Positions 46,333 to 56,595 of a DNA stretch of 64,000 nucleotides are shown in pieces. The notes under the pieces are model-generated. The model made no database searches and had not been told where the DNA came from. It saw only the letters and a list, made by a program, of their open reading frames with translations. The stretch is from NCBI GenBank assembly GCA_028865345.1, contig JAGWKL010000002.1, positions 128,665 to 192,664 on the forward strand, written 5' to 3'. The position numbers and the translations under genes were made by a program. This DNA is from Candidatus Omnitrophota bacterium. Lineage in GTDB: Bacteria > Omnitrophota > Gorgyraeia > Zapsychrales > Fredricksoniimonadaceae. Within the stretch, counting starts at the first letter, position 1, and each line of letters opens with the position of its first letter.

Positions 46333-47459
46333 CCATGGGTCCCATCGTCAAAAAAATTCTCGCCGGCCTGTTTTTACTCTTGATCGTCGGATCATCCGTA
46401 CTGGTGGCCATCCAGCGCCAGCGGACCATCGGCTTAGAAGAAGACCCTTCCAAATTCCATGAAGCCCTGTATTACAGCAAACTTTACGGCGGTCTTGTCC
46501 AATGCAAGCTTTGCCCCAATCTATGCATTCTGGCGCCCGGCGAATACGGCATCTGCAAGGCGCGCAAAAATATCAACGGAAAGCTCTATTCCCTGGTTTA
46601 TGGCAAGATCGCTGCCGCCCACCTTGACCCCATTGAAAAAAAACCGTTTTTTCATGTGCTGCCGGGGGCGCAGGCTTTCTCCATCGCGACCACCGGCTGC
46701 AACATCCAATGCCTTTTTTGCCAGAACTGGGAGATCTCACAGGCCTTTCCCTTTGATGTCCCCACCCGGTCCGCCAGCCCCAAACAGGTGGTGCAAGAGG
46801 CCCTGGCCAGCGGGGCCCGCGCCATTGCCTTTACTTACAGCGAGCCCGTCATTTCTTATGAATATGTGCTGGACATTGCGAAGCTGGCCAAACAAGCGGG
46901 CTTGAAAACACTCATGGTCAGCAACGGCTACATAGAGCAAAAACCGCTTAAACGCCTCCTTAAATACATCGACGCTTTTAAAGTGGATTTCAAAGGCTTT
47001 GATGAAAAGTTCTATACAAGGCTCACCGCCGGGCACTTGCAACCGGTCCTGGAAACCATGAAAACCATCCATCAAAGCGGCGTCTGGCTTGAGATCGTCA
47101 CGTTGCTTGTCACGGGACAAAACGACAGCGACAGGCAGATCCGGGGACTGGCGGACTGGATCAAAACCAACCTGGGAGATGATGTGCCTTTGCATTTCTC
47201 GCGCTTCTACCCCCAATACAAACTGCTCAATGTGCCGCCCACCCCGCCGGAAACCGTGATCCGGGCCCGTGACATCGCCATGCAGGAAGGGTTGAAATAC
47301 GTTTATACGGGAAACATCGACTACCCTCCGGGCGAAATCACCTTCTGTCCAGAATCAGGTGAAAAAGTCATCGTGCGCCGGGGCATGTTCACCATTTATA
47401 ACGGCCTGGTCAACGGGGCTTGCAGCGATGGAGAAAAAATCCCGGGGATTTGGGATTAA
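46329..47459 (+). CDS. AmmeMemoRadiSam-type radical SAM enzyme (PFL-activase-like)
   Basis: N-terminal Cys cluster (CKLCPNLC...GICKARK), then GCNIQCLFCQNW (CxxxCxxC). Confidence 0.85.
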   Translation: MTMGPIVKKILAGLFLLLIVGSSVLVAIQRQRTIGLEEDPSKFHEALYYSKLYGGLVQCKLCPNLCILAPGEYGICKARKNINGKLYSLVYGKIAAAHLDPIEKKPFFHVLPGAQAFSIATTGCNIQCLFCQNWEISQAFPFDVPTRSASPKQVVQEALASGARAIAFTYSEPVISYEYVLDIAKLAKQAGLKTLMVSNGYIEQKPLKRLLKYIDAFKVDFKGFDEKFYTRLTAGHLQPVLETMKTIHQSGVWLEIVTLLVTGQNDSDRQIRGLADWIKTNLGDDVPLHFSRFYPQYKLLNVPPTPPETVIRARDIAMQEGLKYVYTGNIDYPPGEITFCPESGEKVIVRRGMFTIYNGLVNGACSDGEKIPGIWD

Positions 47460-49668
47460 AACCCCGATGCATGCTGATAACTGCAGCTAAAGCGACATTG
47501 ATCGCCATCAACAGCAAAAGCGTTTTGTATATGCCATAGGCCGGGATCATAAATACGCTTATACCCAAAGCCCCTGCACACGAACCAAAAAGATCAGCCG
47601 CGTAAATGCTTCCCAAAAGCGCGCGGTCGTTATCATTTTGCCCGGCAAGAAACAAAGTACTGGCATAAGAAAATTCCAAGCCGGTAAAAACACCTATCCC
47701 TGCCCCCAAAATGATCCAGACCTCAGGCAAAGGAAGATAGCCATAATGGCCAGCCGCCCGCATCAACCAAAACCAGATCAGAAAATAGGCGCCCATGCCT
47801 GCATGGAGTTTGGCGATCGAAGTAAACCCGCCAGAGATTTTCTTATTGCCCCCCCAAAAGCCGGGGGACAAACCCCAAAAAGTGCCCGCCGCTGCTGCCA
47901 GCATAAACGTAGCGATGATCCAGGCGATTTTATAATAAAGATCGCCGTAAAAGACCTGAAACCCATAAATCACGATGACCTCGGCGGCCATTAAAGAAAA
48001 ACCTCCCACAGCCATGACGGCAATGAGAAGGGGCCGGTTGGATGACGATGGACCGCGGGCCCAAAGGAACGGCAAGATCAGCCCTAGGGCCCCGATCAAA
48101 ACGATGAAATAATTCGTCCGCATGAGGCGGGCGAGCAAAGCGGCGAGACCCTGATGAAAAATACTGAACCAATAGATCAGATTGTAAAGATACCCCCGCG
48201 GATGCAGATCAGTATTGATCCGGGCCGTCCTGTCTGCCTTAAAAAAATCCCCGGCCGCGGCAATACGGTCTGTGGTGTACCGGTAAACAATGGCCGGCGC
48301 GGAAAGGAAATACGTAAGGATGCCCCTGGCTTTGAGCCTGCGGATGATCACCCGCGGGTCATGGGGCAAAGCCTGTTGCGAAGCTAAGATAAAAAGCGTA
48401 TCTCCCGGAAGTAGGACGACCGAACGAAAATTGTGTTTGATCGTCCTGTATATGCAGGAGCCCAAATGCCCCAAGGTGGCCGGTATGGTATCTGCTGCAA
48501 ATTTCAAATGCGTTGCCATGACTCCGCCGGCTTTTAAATGCCCCCGAACCTCTCTGAAAAAAGCATCGGTAAAATAGCGGTTGAGCAGGGCCGTCGACGG
48601 ATTGGGCAGATTGATGATGACCACGTCCAGGTCCGATGGGAGGTTCTCAAGCGAACGGCGCGGGTCGCCTTTGACCAAAACAACCTGCCCCTTTCTCAAA
48701 ATACCGTCCAAGGAGGGCGAGAGTGCCCGGGCAAGGCCGGTCATGGCTGGATCCAATTGGGCGTAATAGACCCTTTCAGGCTTATATTTTAATATCTCCT
48801 GCAGAGCGCCACTGAAACCGGCATCTATCAAAAGTACTTTTTGGGGGCCGGCATCGGAAAGCATGGGCAAATGGACAAGATATTCATTGAACGCCCTGTC
48901 CTTATCCGTGCCCACGGGCATGCCGCTTTCATAAAAATTGAGCTGGTCCCCGGTGCGCGTCACGGCAAGATTTCCGTGCACTGAATTCTTTGTTTCCACC
49001 AACTGTTCATTGGGAAACCTTAGGGCCGCAGTCCGGAAATTCAAAGGCCCCGAAAATAAAAAACAGGCCAAACACCAAAAGGCCGCTGCCATGGCAGCTA
49101 TAAAAAATTGTTTTTTAGCGGCGACACCGCTCCACAGGAGTCCGGCAAAGACCGCCGCCAAATTCAAGGCCGCAACGACACCACAGGTCCTAAACGCGTC
49201 GGCGAACACCAACCCGTAACTGAACACCAACCCGCCCAGGACAAAACCCAGGGCTTCGTAAAGATAGGCCTTGCGCTGGTCGTCCCATTCGGACACGGCG
49301 GAAAATTGCACCCCTAAACACAGGCACAAAGGGGCAATTGCCAAAAAAGAGACCACGATCGTCGGTAAAAAATCAGGAACCTGCCCGGCGGCGGCAAAAA
49401 AACTTTTACTTAAACGCGCGGCCAGGACCGTCAGCGGGAACAATACGCAAAGCGCCAAATGGCAGATGAGAACAAGCGCAAGGCCGCGGCAGGCTTTAGG
49501 CAGGAATTTGATGGCGAGGCTGCCTGCCGCCACCCAAAAAAGCCAGGCAAACAGGATCCAGCCGATGAAAAATTCATTACCCCAAAAACTGACGATCATT
49601 TCCCGGATCATAACGATCTGGGAAACCAAAGAAGAAAAACCCAGAACAAGAACTGAAAGGAAGAACAT
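47410..49668 (-). CDS. Polytopic membrane protein with C-terminal spermidine-synthase (PABS)-like domain
   Basis: About 12 TM helices at the N-terminus. The C-terminal region VLLIDAGFSGALQEILKY resembles aminopropyltransferase/SAM-MTase folds. Its 3' end overlaps the radical SAM gene convergently by 50 nt. Confidence 0.7.
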   Translation of the reverse strand: MFFLSVLVLGFSSLVSQIVMIREMIVSFWGNEFFIGWILFAWLFWVAAGSLAIKFLPKACRGLALVLICHLALCVLFPLTVLAARLSKSFFAAAGQVPDFLPTIVVSFLAIAPLCLCLGVQFSAVSEWDDQRKAYLYEALGFVLGGLVFSYGLVFADAFRTCGVVAALNLAAVFAGLLWSGVAAKKQFFIAAMAAAFWCLACFLFSGPLNFRTAALRFPNEQLVETKNSVHGNLAVTRTGDQLNFYESGMPVGTDKDRAFNEYLVHLPMLSDAGPQKVLLIDAGFSGALQEILKYKPERVYYAQLDPAMTGLARALSPSLDGILRKGQVVLVKGDPRRSLENLPSDLDVVIINLPNPSTALLNRYFTDAFFREVRGHLKAGGVMATHLKFAADTIPATLGHLGSCIYRTIKHNFRSVVLLPGDTLFILASQQALPHDPRVIIRRLKARGILTYFLSAPAIVYRYTTDRIAAAGDFFKADRTARINTDLHPRGYLYNLIYWFSIFHQGLAALLARLMRTNYFIVLIGALGLILPFLWARGPSSSNRPLLIAVMAVGGFSLMAAEVIVIYGFQVFYGDLYYKIAWIIATFMLAAAAGTFWGLSPGFWGGNKKISGGFTSIAKLHAGMGAYFLIWFWLMRAAGHYGYLPLPEVWIILGAGIGVFTGLEFSYASTLFLAGQNDNDRALLGSIYAADLFGSCAGALGISVFMIPAYGIYKTLLLLMAINVALAAVISMHRGFNPKSPGFFLHRCKPR

Positions 49669-49693
49669 AAGTCCTCTCTCCAGTCCCAGGGAC

Positions 49694-51292
49694 CTACATT
49701 TCCCGGGCTTCGACTGTCCCCGAATGTCCCTTGTATACGGGGATCATGAGGACAAAAGGAACACAGGTAAAAAACATAAACATCAAAAACATAGAAATAT
49801 CATTGTACGCCATCATCTGGGCCTGCTGGGTCACCAGCCTGTTGATTAAGTCCATGGCCGCCTGCTTGGCTGTGCCTAAAGACATGCCCTGCCGGTACAG
49901 AAACGCCGTTGCCTGATGGAAAAACCTCTCAAAATTCGGATTAAAAGGATTGATATGCTCCGCCAGATAGACGTGATGGACCTGGGAATTCCTCTCGAAC
50001 AAGGTTGCCATGACCGCGTATCCAATATTGCCGCCGACCTGCTGGAAAAGATTAAACAGCCCTGATGCGGATGTCATAAGTTCCTTTTCCACGGAACTCA
50101 AAGCCACCGTCGATAAGGAAATAAAAATGAACGGCAGCCCGCTGCCCATCAAAAGAAGGGACGGCACGATATTACCCTGTCCCGCCGTGGTTGCCAGATG
50201 GGCCAACTGGAAGTAAGAAACGTTCACGACCGCAATGCCGTATAAAATCAATGCCCGCGGGTCTACAAGATTGTATAGCTTCCCGACCAAAGGCAGGACG
50301 CATATCAAGGCGATGGCCCTTGGCATCAGCACCAGGCCGGACTGATACGCCGGATAATTTAAAAGCTGCTGGGTAAACTGAGGTAAAATAAACGAAGTGC
50401 CGTACAGTGCTATCCCGAACAAAAGAATGACCACGACCCCCATGCGAAACTGGGCATTTTTAAAAATCCTTAAATTTACCACCGGCTCTTCGACGGACAA
50501 TTCCCAGACCACCAGCGCCAAAAGTGTTATCACTGTGAAAACCGCGGTCCATGCGATCCAACTGGACTCAAACCAGTTTTCCTGCTGCCCCCTTTCCAGG
50601 AAGACCTGCAGGCCGGTCAGGCCAAGCGTCAGCAAAACGATACCTGCCACATCTATCCTCTTGACACCCCGTTGAAGATAGGGAGGGTCAAAGACAAAAA
50701 GGCTGACCAAAAGCATCCCCACGACACTCACAGGTATGTTGATATAAAAAATCCACTGCCAGCCGTACTGGTCCGTGAGCCAGCCCCCTAATACCGGGCC
50801 GACGGCAGGCGCCACCACCACCCCCATGGAAAAAATCGCCATGGCCATGCCCTGTTCATTTCTGGGAAAAGTCTCGCGCAGGATGGCCTGGGCCAAAGGC
50901 ACCAGGCTCCCTCCGCCCATGCCCTGCAGGACGCGGCAGGCGATCATCTCCGGAAAGGTATGCGACATGCCGGCCAGGATCGACCCCACGGTAAAAACGA
51001 CAAAGGAAAGCAAATAAAAATTTTTTCTGCCCAAAAGACGCACCCACCAGCCGGACATGGTCAGCATGATGACGGCGGCGATGCTGTAGCTCGTCGCCAC
51101 CCAGGTGATCGCGGAGAGGTTCTGGCCGAAGCTGCCCATCATATGGGGAAGGGCCACATTGACGACATTGACGTCCATGATCGCCATGAAGGCGCCGAGA
51201 ACGACCGAAACAGCTACGGCCCATTTATTGGGGCTGTATTGCGCCGGGGGCGCCTGCCCCCCGGCTTTTGGGGGCAAAGAGGAGGAATTCAT
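49694..51292 (-). CDS. emrB: MFS DHA2-family efflux transporter (EmrB/QacA-like)
   Basis: 532 aa with 14 predicted TM helices and DHA2 motifs. Confidence 0.85.
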   Translation of the reverse strand: MNSSSLPPKAGGQAPPAQYSPNKWAVAVSVVLGAFMAIMDVNVVNVALPHMMGSFGQNLSAITWVATSYSIAAVIMLTMSGWWVRLLGRKNFYLLSFVVFTVGSILAGMSHTFPEMIACRVLQGMGGGSLVPLAQAILRETFPRNEQGMAMAIFSMGVVVAPAVGPVLGGWLTDQYGWQWIFYINIPVSVVGMLLVSLFVFDPPYLQRGVKRIDVAGIVLLTLGLTGLQVFLERGQQENWFESSWIAWTAVFTVITLLALVVWELSVEEPVVNLRIFKNAQFRMGVVVILLFGIALYGTSFILPQFTQQLLNYPAYQSGLVLMPRAIALICVLPLVGKLYNLVDPRALILYGIAVVNVSYFQLAHLATTAGQGNIVPSLLLMGSGLPFIFISLSTVALSSVEKELMTSASGLFNLFQQVGGNIGYAVMATLFERNSQVHHVYLAEHINPFNPNFERFFHQATAFLYRQGMSLGTAKQAAMDLINRLVTQQAQMMAYNDISMFLMFMFFTCVPFVLMIPVYKGHSGTVEAREM

Positions 51293-52182
51293 TTTGTTTT
51301 ACCTGAACTCAAATCGATCACGGGGACAACCGACATCCCCAGGACTAAAGGCCTTTTGGGATCGAGGGGCCCGTCAAAAATAATTTTAACGGGAACGCGC
51401 TGAACGACCTTGATGTAGTTGCCCGTCGCATTCTCGGCAGGCAGCAGGCTGAATTTTGAACCGGTCCCCTGCTGAATGCTGTCCACATGCCCGTGGAAAA
51501 CGGCCCCCGGATAAGCATCGACATGGATCACCACCTTCAATCCTGGATGGACATGCGTCATCTGCGTTTCTTTTAAATTAGCCACCACCCACCGGTCGGG
51601 AAAAACAACGGCCATCAGGGCCTGCCCCTGCTGCACGGACATGCCGGGTTCGACGCTCTTTTTGGTCACCGTTCCGTCGGCCGGCGAGGTGATTTTCGTA
51701 TAGGAAAGCTCAAGCTCTGCCTGTTCAAGCCTTGCCCGGGCCGCATCCACCTTGGCCTTATCAGTGTTCCAGCGCAGCATTGCCATATCAAACTGACGTT
51801 GGGAGATGTCCTTGGTGGCGAGCAATTTCGTATAACGCGCCACATCCTGCTTCGCCTGATCGGCATCGTCCTGTTTAGCTTGAAGGTCGGCCTTGGCCAG
51901 ATCAAAAGCGGCCTTATAATCACGGGGGTCTATATTACAAAGAAGATCGCCCGCCTTGACCGGTTGATTGTCATTGACATAAACTTTTTCAATATACCCC
52001 GAGACCCTGGGGCTGATGACAGTCACATCACCTTCGATAAAGGCATCGTCGCAGGATTCATGGGTAAAGACATAGTGCAGGACAAAGGCCAGCACCACCG
52101 CGGCAGCAATAGTCAATACGGACGCTATTTTCCAGAATCTCCGGTGAAACTCGTAAACCTTGCTGAATATCCTGCTGACCAT
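51289..52182 (-). CDS. emrA: HlyD-family membrane fusion protein (EmrA-like)
   Basis: N-terminal TM, coiled-coil and beta-barrel/lipoyl-like segments. Its start overlaps the tolC stop. Confidence 0.85.
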   Translation of the reverse strand: MVSRIFSKVYEFHRRFWKIASVLTIAAAVVLAFVLHYVFTHESCDDAFIEGDVTVISPRVSGYIEKVYVNDNQPVKAGDLLCNIDPRDYKAAFDLAKADLQAKQDDADQAKQDVARYTKLLATKDISQRQFDMAMLRWNTDKAKVDAARARLEQAELELSYTKITSPADGTVTKKSVEPGMSVQQGQALMAVVFPDRWVVANLKETQMTHVHPGLKVVIHVDAYPGAVFHGHVDSIQQGTGSKFSLLPAENATGNYIKVVQRVPVKIIFDGPLDPKRPLVLGMSVVPVIDLSSGKTK

Positions 52183-52200
52183 AATGACCTCTCTGCTTTT

Positions 52201-53574
52201 TTAAGAACGGCTTAAATGGAACGACTCTGTGCGGCCCAAGGCCGAATAATAGTTCACCCGCGCCATGTGATATTGTACCAGAGCCGACACATAAGATTGG
52301 CGTGTATTTTCAAGGGCGGCCTGGGCGTCGACCACCGCGATGTTATTGCCGACCCCTTCTGTGTATTGGCGCCTGGCAAGCCCCAGCTGTTGGCCCGCCA
52401 GCCGCAAAGCCTCGCTTGCGGCCTTCACCTCTTCCGTCGTCGTGCTCAACGTCTGCAGCGCCAGGCGAACATCCTCCTGGACTTGCGTTCGCATATCATC
52501 GTAAAGAGTCTTGGCCTGCTTAACCTGGGAGGCCTGTTGCCGGATCTCCCCTGCGATCTGTCCTCCTTCGAAAATGGGCACACTCACATTGACGGCGATC
52601 TGCGCGGCTTTATGGGCATATTTGTCGGGTTCAACGGCGGACTGCCCATAATTCCCGTAAAGGTCCACCTTGGGCAATCTTTCCCTGACCGCCTCCGACA
52701 GCCGGTATCGGGCATACCTGACCTTTGAAGAAGCAATGGACATCTCCCATCTATGTTTAAGGGCCGTGGCAATGGCATCAGAAAGCCCCATGGGTTTTTC
52801 TTTAAAAAAGATCAGGGAATCGCTTAAACTGAGTTCGCTGTTCAAAGGCAATCCGATGATACGCTTGAAGCCGAGCATTGCCGTGTCGAGCCTCTCAATA
52901 TCTTCCTGCTCCTTGGCACGCCGCTCTGCCAGCCGCGTTTGGGCCCTGACCACGTCCAAATTAGTGACAACACCCACTTTTAATTGGTGTTGGGCCAGGG
53001 ACACAAGCGTTTGGGCCAGACGCAGGTCTTCTTCAACGGCCTTTAATTGTTCCTGGGCCTGCAGCACATCCAGATAAGAAATGACTGCGGCCGTGACCAC
53101 CTGTTGTTGGGCCAGTTCTTTTTCCTCCCTGGCCATGGCCACGTCCATTTGGCCCGCCTGAAATTTGGATATGGCGCTCAAATCAAAGATCCGCTGGGTG
53201 ATTTGGAAGCGCGCATCGAAAGTATTGAACGGCCCGATAACGCCGAAAGCAGGCAGGCCCTGACCGGCGAAATTCTCCCAGAAAACCCTCCCTTGAGAAG
53301 CCCCGAACGAAAGATGGGGAAGAAGATCAGAATCGTTCTGCCATAGGCGGCCCCTGACTTCATCGATTTTTTCCACGGCGATCTTGAGCAGGACATTGTT
53401 GTGTTTGGCATCATCAATGGCTTGGGTAAGGCTGAGGTCCAAGGTCATGCCCTCATCATTGATTTCCTGCACGTCGTCTGCAGCCCGGGAAATAGGACCG
53501 AAACCCGTTAAGAAAAACACACTGACGAGCAATATCCCAAGCCTAACTGCGTTCCTTTGAGTTGTCATAATCAC
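52201..53574 (-). CDS. TolC-family outer-membrane efflux protein
   Basis: Signal peptide. Duplicated coiled-coil and beta repeats over 457 aa. Confidence 0.8.
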   Translation of the reverse strand: MIMTTQRNAVRLGILLVSVFFLTGFGPISRAADDVQEINDEGMTLDLSLTQAIDDAKHNNVLLKIAVEKIDEVRGRLWQNDSDLLPHLSFGASQGRVFWENFAGQGLPAFGVIGPFNTFDARFQITQRIFDLSAISKFQAGQMDVAMAREEKELAQQQVVTAAVISYLDVLQAQEQLKAVEEDLRLAQTLVSLAQHQLKVGVVTNLDVVRAQTRLAERRAKEQEDIERLDTAMLGFKRIIGLPLNSELSLSDSLIFFKEKPMGLSDAIATALKHRWEMSIASSKVRYARYRLSEAVRERLPKVDLYGNYGQSAVEPDKYAHKAAQIAVNVSVPIFEGGQIAGEIRQQASQVKQAKTLYDDMRTQVQEDVRLALQTLSTTTEEVKAASEALRLAGQQLGLARRQYTEGVGNNIAVVDAQAALENTRQSYVSALVQYHMARVNYYSALGRTESFHLSRS

Positions 53575-54089
53575 TTTCCAATTTCCCTGGCCCTGTTCCT
53601 CAGCCGTACAAGCAATTCGTTGAATATTTTCTTCTCATGAGCAGTAAGGACCTTACACAGATCATGGATGATCTTATAAAATCCCGGCAATATGTCTTCC
53701 AACAGTTTTTCTCCTTTGGGCAACAACTTGATCCTATTGACCCGGCGGTCATGGGGGTCGCTGATACGTTCCACCAGGCCCTTGCGGGAAAGGCTGTCCA
53801 CCAATCCGGTGATATTAGCGCGGCTGACGAGCATCAGTTGGCTGATCTCATTTTGTTTGCAAGCCTTGGACGGGCTGCGGCTCAATATCCTCAAAACATT
53901 AAACCCCGCCCGGGTGATCCCGAATGAGGTAACTGCATCCGACAGATGGTCGTTGACCACATCAAAGGTATACGTCAGGTTCAAAGCCGCTTCCACCGAA
54001 GGCCAGTCAAAGGCCGGATATCGGGCCCCGTGTTTTTTGACCTGGCTCCAATAGTATTCTTCCCTTCTGTCAATTTTGTGTTCCGGCAT
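53571..54089 (-). CDS. MarR-family transcriptional regulator
   Basis: Winged-HTH region (ISQLMLVSRANITGLVDSLSRKGLVER). The start MPEHK has a GGAGG RBS. Confidence 0.8.
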   Translation of the reverse strand: MPEHKIDRREEYYWSQVKKHGARYPAFDWPSVEAALNLTYTFDVVNDHLSDAVTSFGITRAGFNVLRILSRSPSKACKQNEISQLMLVSRANITGLVDSLSRKGLVERISDPHDRRVNRIKLLPKGEKLLEDILPGFYKIIHDLCKVLTAHEKKIFNELLVRLRNRAREIGK

Positions 54090-54355
54090 ATCGATCCCTC
54101 CTCCCTTCATGGCAAGCTTACAACGCCGGCTGTAATTTGTCAAGTACTTAACAGTTAATTACTTTACAAAATACGCACTTGCGCCCCAGGCAATAAGTAA
54201 TTTTACGTATGGCAAATTTCAACCTTTCGTAGTATGATTTCCCATCATTCCTCAAGCGCAAAATGCTTGAGCAGTGCGCCCTTCGGCGTCGCTTGGTTGT
54301 GTCATTGCAAGGCCCCGAAGGCGACGAAGCGATCTTATGGCTAATCACCTTTTAT

Positions 54356-54371
54356 AGCACATCGATGTGCT
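54356..54371. promoter_or_regulatory. Perfect 16-bp palindrome AGCACATCGATGTGCT upstream of amtB
   Basis: Lies about 120 nt upstream of the amtB ATG and is a candidate operator. I did not recognise the family. Confidence 0.3.
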
Positions 54372-54488
54372 GAGCAAAAAATTTCCCGACGGGTGCATTG
54401 ACGTACCTTGTCATTGGGGATGCAGCGCCGCGTCTCCCGCCAAAGGTGATTTTTCAACCCATAAACTGTAATTTTTAAAGGAGACAAA

Positions 54489-55727
54489 ATGAACAATCTT
54501 CCTATTAATACGGTTGATACAGCGTTCGTGCTGCTGTCTGCAGCCCTGGTCATGTTGATGACGCCGGGCCTTGCCTTGTTCTACGGGGGCATGGTCCGCA
54601 AAAAAAATATTTTAAGCGTGCTTATCCAATGTTTCGCAGCCATGTGTGTTTTGAATGTGTGGTGGATCCTGATCGGTTACAGCCTTTCCTTCTGCCCGGC
54701 CAAGGGCTTCTGGGGAGGTTTGGACTGGATGGGATTAAAAGGCGTCGGATACGCGGCCTTGCCGGATTACTCTTCCACCATCCCCAACCGGGTTTTTATG
54801 ATCTTTCAGGGGATGTTTGCCGTGATCACGCCGGCCCTCATCATCGGCGCCTTTGCGGAACGGATGAAATTCTCCGCCTACATCATTTTCACCCTGCTGT
54901 GGGCCACCTTTGTTTATGCCCCCGTATGCCATTGGGTATGGGGAAGCGGCGGATGGCTCAAACAAATGGGCGTATTGGATTTTGCCGGAGGAATCGTTGT
55001 CCACGCCACCGCAGGTGTGGCCGCCCTGATCACGACGATCGTCATCGGCAAGCGCAAAAACCTTTTCCATTCCCCTGCGCCCCATAATTTGCCGCTCGTG
55101 GTGCTGGGGACAGGGTTATTATGGTTCGGCTGGTTCGGTTTTAACGCCGGCAGCGCCCTCGCCGTCAATGCCGTTGCTGTCAATGCCTTCATTACCACCA
55201 ATACCGCTGCGGCCGCGGCAGGTCTTTCCTGGGTCCTGTTGGAATGGATCCGTAACGGCAGGCCCACTGTTTTCGGCATTGTCACCGGCTGTGTTGCGGG
55301 ACTTGCCACCATAACGCCCGGCGCCGGTTATGTCAGCGTGGGTTCGTCCGTGATCATAGGCATTTTCGCCAGCATCCTCTGTTTTATCGCTGTGGCCATC
55401 ATCAAACCCAGATACGGCTACGATGATTCCCTGGACGTGTTCGGCGTGCACGGCGTGGGCGGGATCCTGGGGGTCATTTGTGTCGGGCTTTTTGCCTCCA
55501 AAGCCGTCAACCCCGGCGGAGCCGACGGTTTGTTCTACGGGAACCCCAAATTATTGGTCACCCAGTTGACCGGCGTCCTGGCGGCCGTGCTTTATACGGC
55601 GGCGGTGACCTTTGTGATCTATAAGCTTATCAATGTCTTTTTAGGCGTACGGATCGGCGAACAGGATGAATCGATCGGCCTTGATCTGGCCCAGCACCGT
55701 GAAAACGCTTATACCCTTCTTGAATAG
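54489..55727 (+). CDS. amtB: Ammonium transporter
   Basis: 412 aa with 11 TM helices and Amt/Rh signature residues. AAAGGAGA RBS. Confidence 0.9.
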   Translation: MNNLPINTVDTAFVLLSAALVMLMTPGLALFYGGMVRKKNILSVLIQCFAAMCVLNVWWILIGYSLSFCPAKGFWGGLDWMGLKGVGYAALPDYSSTIPNRVFMIFQGMFAVITPALIIGAFAERMKFSAYIIFTLLWATFVYAPVCHWVWGSGGWLKQMGVLDFAGGIVVHATAGVAALITTIVIGKRKNLFHSPAPHNLPLVVLGTGLLWFGWFGFNAGSALAVNAVAVNAFITTNTAAAAAGLSWVLLEWIRNGRPTVFGIVTGCVAGLATITPGAGYVSVGSSVIIGIFASILCFIAVAIIKPRYGYDDSLDVFGVHGVGGILGVICVGLFASKAVNPGGADGLFYGNPKLLVTQLTGVLAAVLYTAAVTFVIYKLINVFLGVRIGEQDESIGLDLAQHRENAYTLLE

Positions 55728-55738
55728 GAGATAAAAAT

Positions 55739-56080
55739 ATGAAATTAATTGTCGCCATTATCCAGCCTTACCGTCTGGAAGAGGTCAAAAAAGCTCTGTA
55801 TGCCGAAGAAGTGCACTTGATAACAGTCAGTGAAGTGCTGGGCCACGGCCGGCAAAAAGGCGTGACGGAATATTACCGCGGGGTCAGGGAAACCGGCAAT
55901 CTGTTGCGCAAGGTCCGGGTGGAAATTGCGGTGAATGAAAACTTTGTCGAGCCCACGATCAAGGCCATTATGAAAGGCGCCCAGACCGGCAAGGTGGGCG
56001 ACGGCAAAATCTTTATCATGGACCTGAAAGAATGCGTCCGCATCCGCACCGGCGAACGGGGGCCGGAAGCCATCGGCTAA
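55739..56080 (+). CDS. glnK: Nitrogen regulatory protein P-II
   Basis: 112 aa. MKLIVAIIQPY; T-loop GRQKGVTEYYRGV containing Tyr51. Confidence 0.9.
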   Translation: MKLIVAIIQPYRLEEVKKALYAEEVHLITVSEVLGHGRQKGVTEYYRGVRETGNLLRKVRVEIAVNENFVEPTIKAIMKGAQTGKVGDGKIFIMDLKECVRIRTGERGPEAIG

Positions 56081-56595
56081 TACGCCCGAGGGTAACATAA
56101 TTTATCCCCGGAAACCCTGGCCATGGGATTTATTTTATGGTCGACGGCCCTGCCCGGGCCCATAATGTCCACGACCATGACCCCCCGGACCAGCAGGGCA
56201 TCTGCGATCAAAGATCTGTGACAGCGCCAGGGGACCGCTTCGGCGCACATGATGGCCACAATGCTTTCCCCTGCCTGCGCGATAAGCTCTTGAAGATTGC
56301 CTTCGAATTCCTGTGTCTGCATATAATCGGCATACCCCCTGAAAGAAACGTTCTTCCACCCTTGATTGACGGAACCTTTTTGAGGATGCCTCAAGCCGCC
56401 TAAGCCGCGCATATTCCTGTACATGATCCCATGGGATGAAAGATCTTGGGAAAGGGCCTCCGCGTTAAATTGGGGATTGAACCTGGACTTAGGTATAGTC
56501 CGCACATCAATTAGCTTGTTGATTTGGAAACTTTTTAAAGTGCCGATGAAGTGATCAAGCGGATGCGTGGAGTGGCCGATGGTATAAATTTTCAT
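56077..56595 (-). CDS. DUF488-family protein
   Basis: Canonical DUF488 N-terminus MKIYTIGHS...IDVR. Its 5' end overlaps the upstream gene by 41 nt. Confidence 0.7.
   Translation of the reverse strand: MKIYTIGHSTHPLDHFIGTLKSFQINKLIDVRTIPKSRFNPQFNAEALSQDLSSHGIMYRNMRGLGGLRHPQKGSVNQGWKNVSFRGYADYMQTQEFEGNLQELIAQAGESIVAIMCAEAVPWRCHRSLIADALLVRGVMVVDIMGPGRAVDHKINPMARVSGDKLCYPRAY

Noticed and set aside
54148-54553. Two small minus-strand ORFs (66 and 70 aa) upstream of amtB
   Set aside because: They overlap the amtB promoter and leader. They have no RBS and are Arg/Cys-rich. They are more likely non-coding regulatory DNA.
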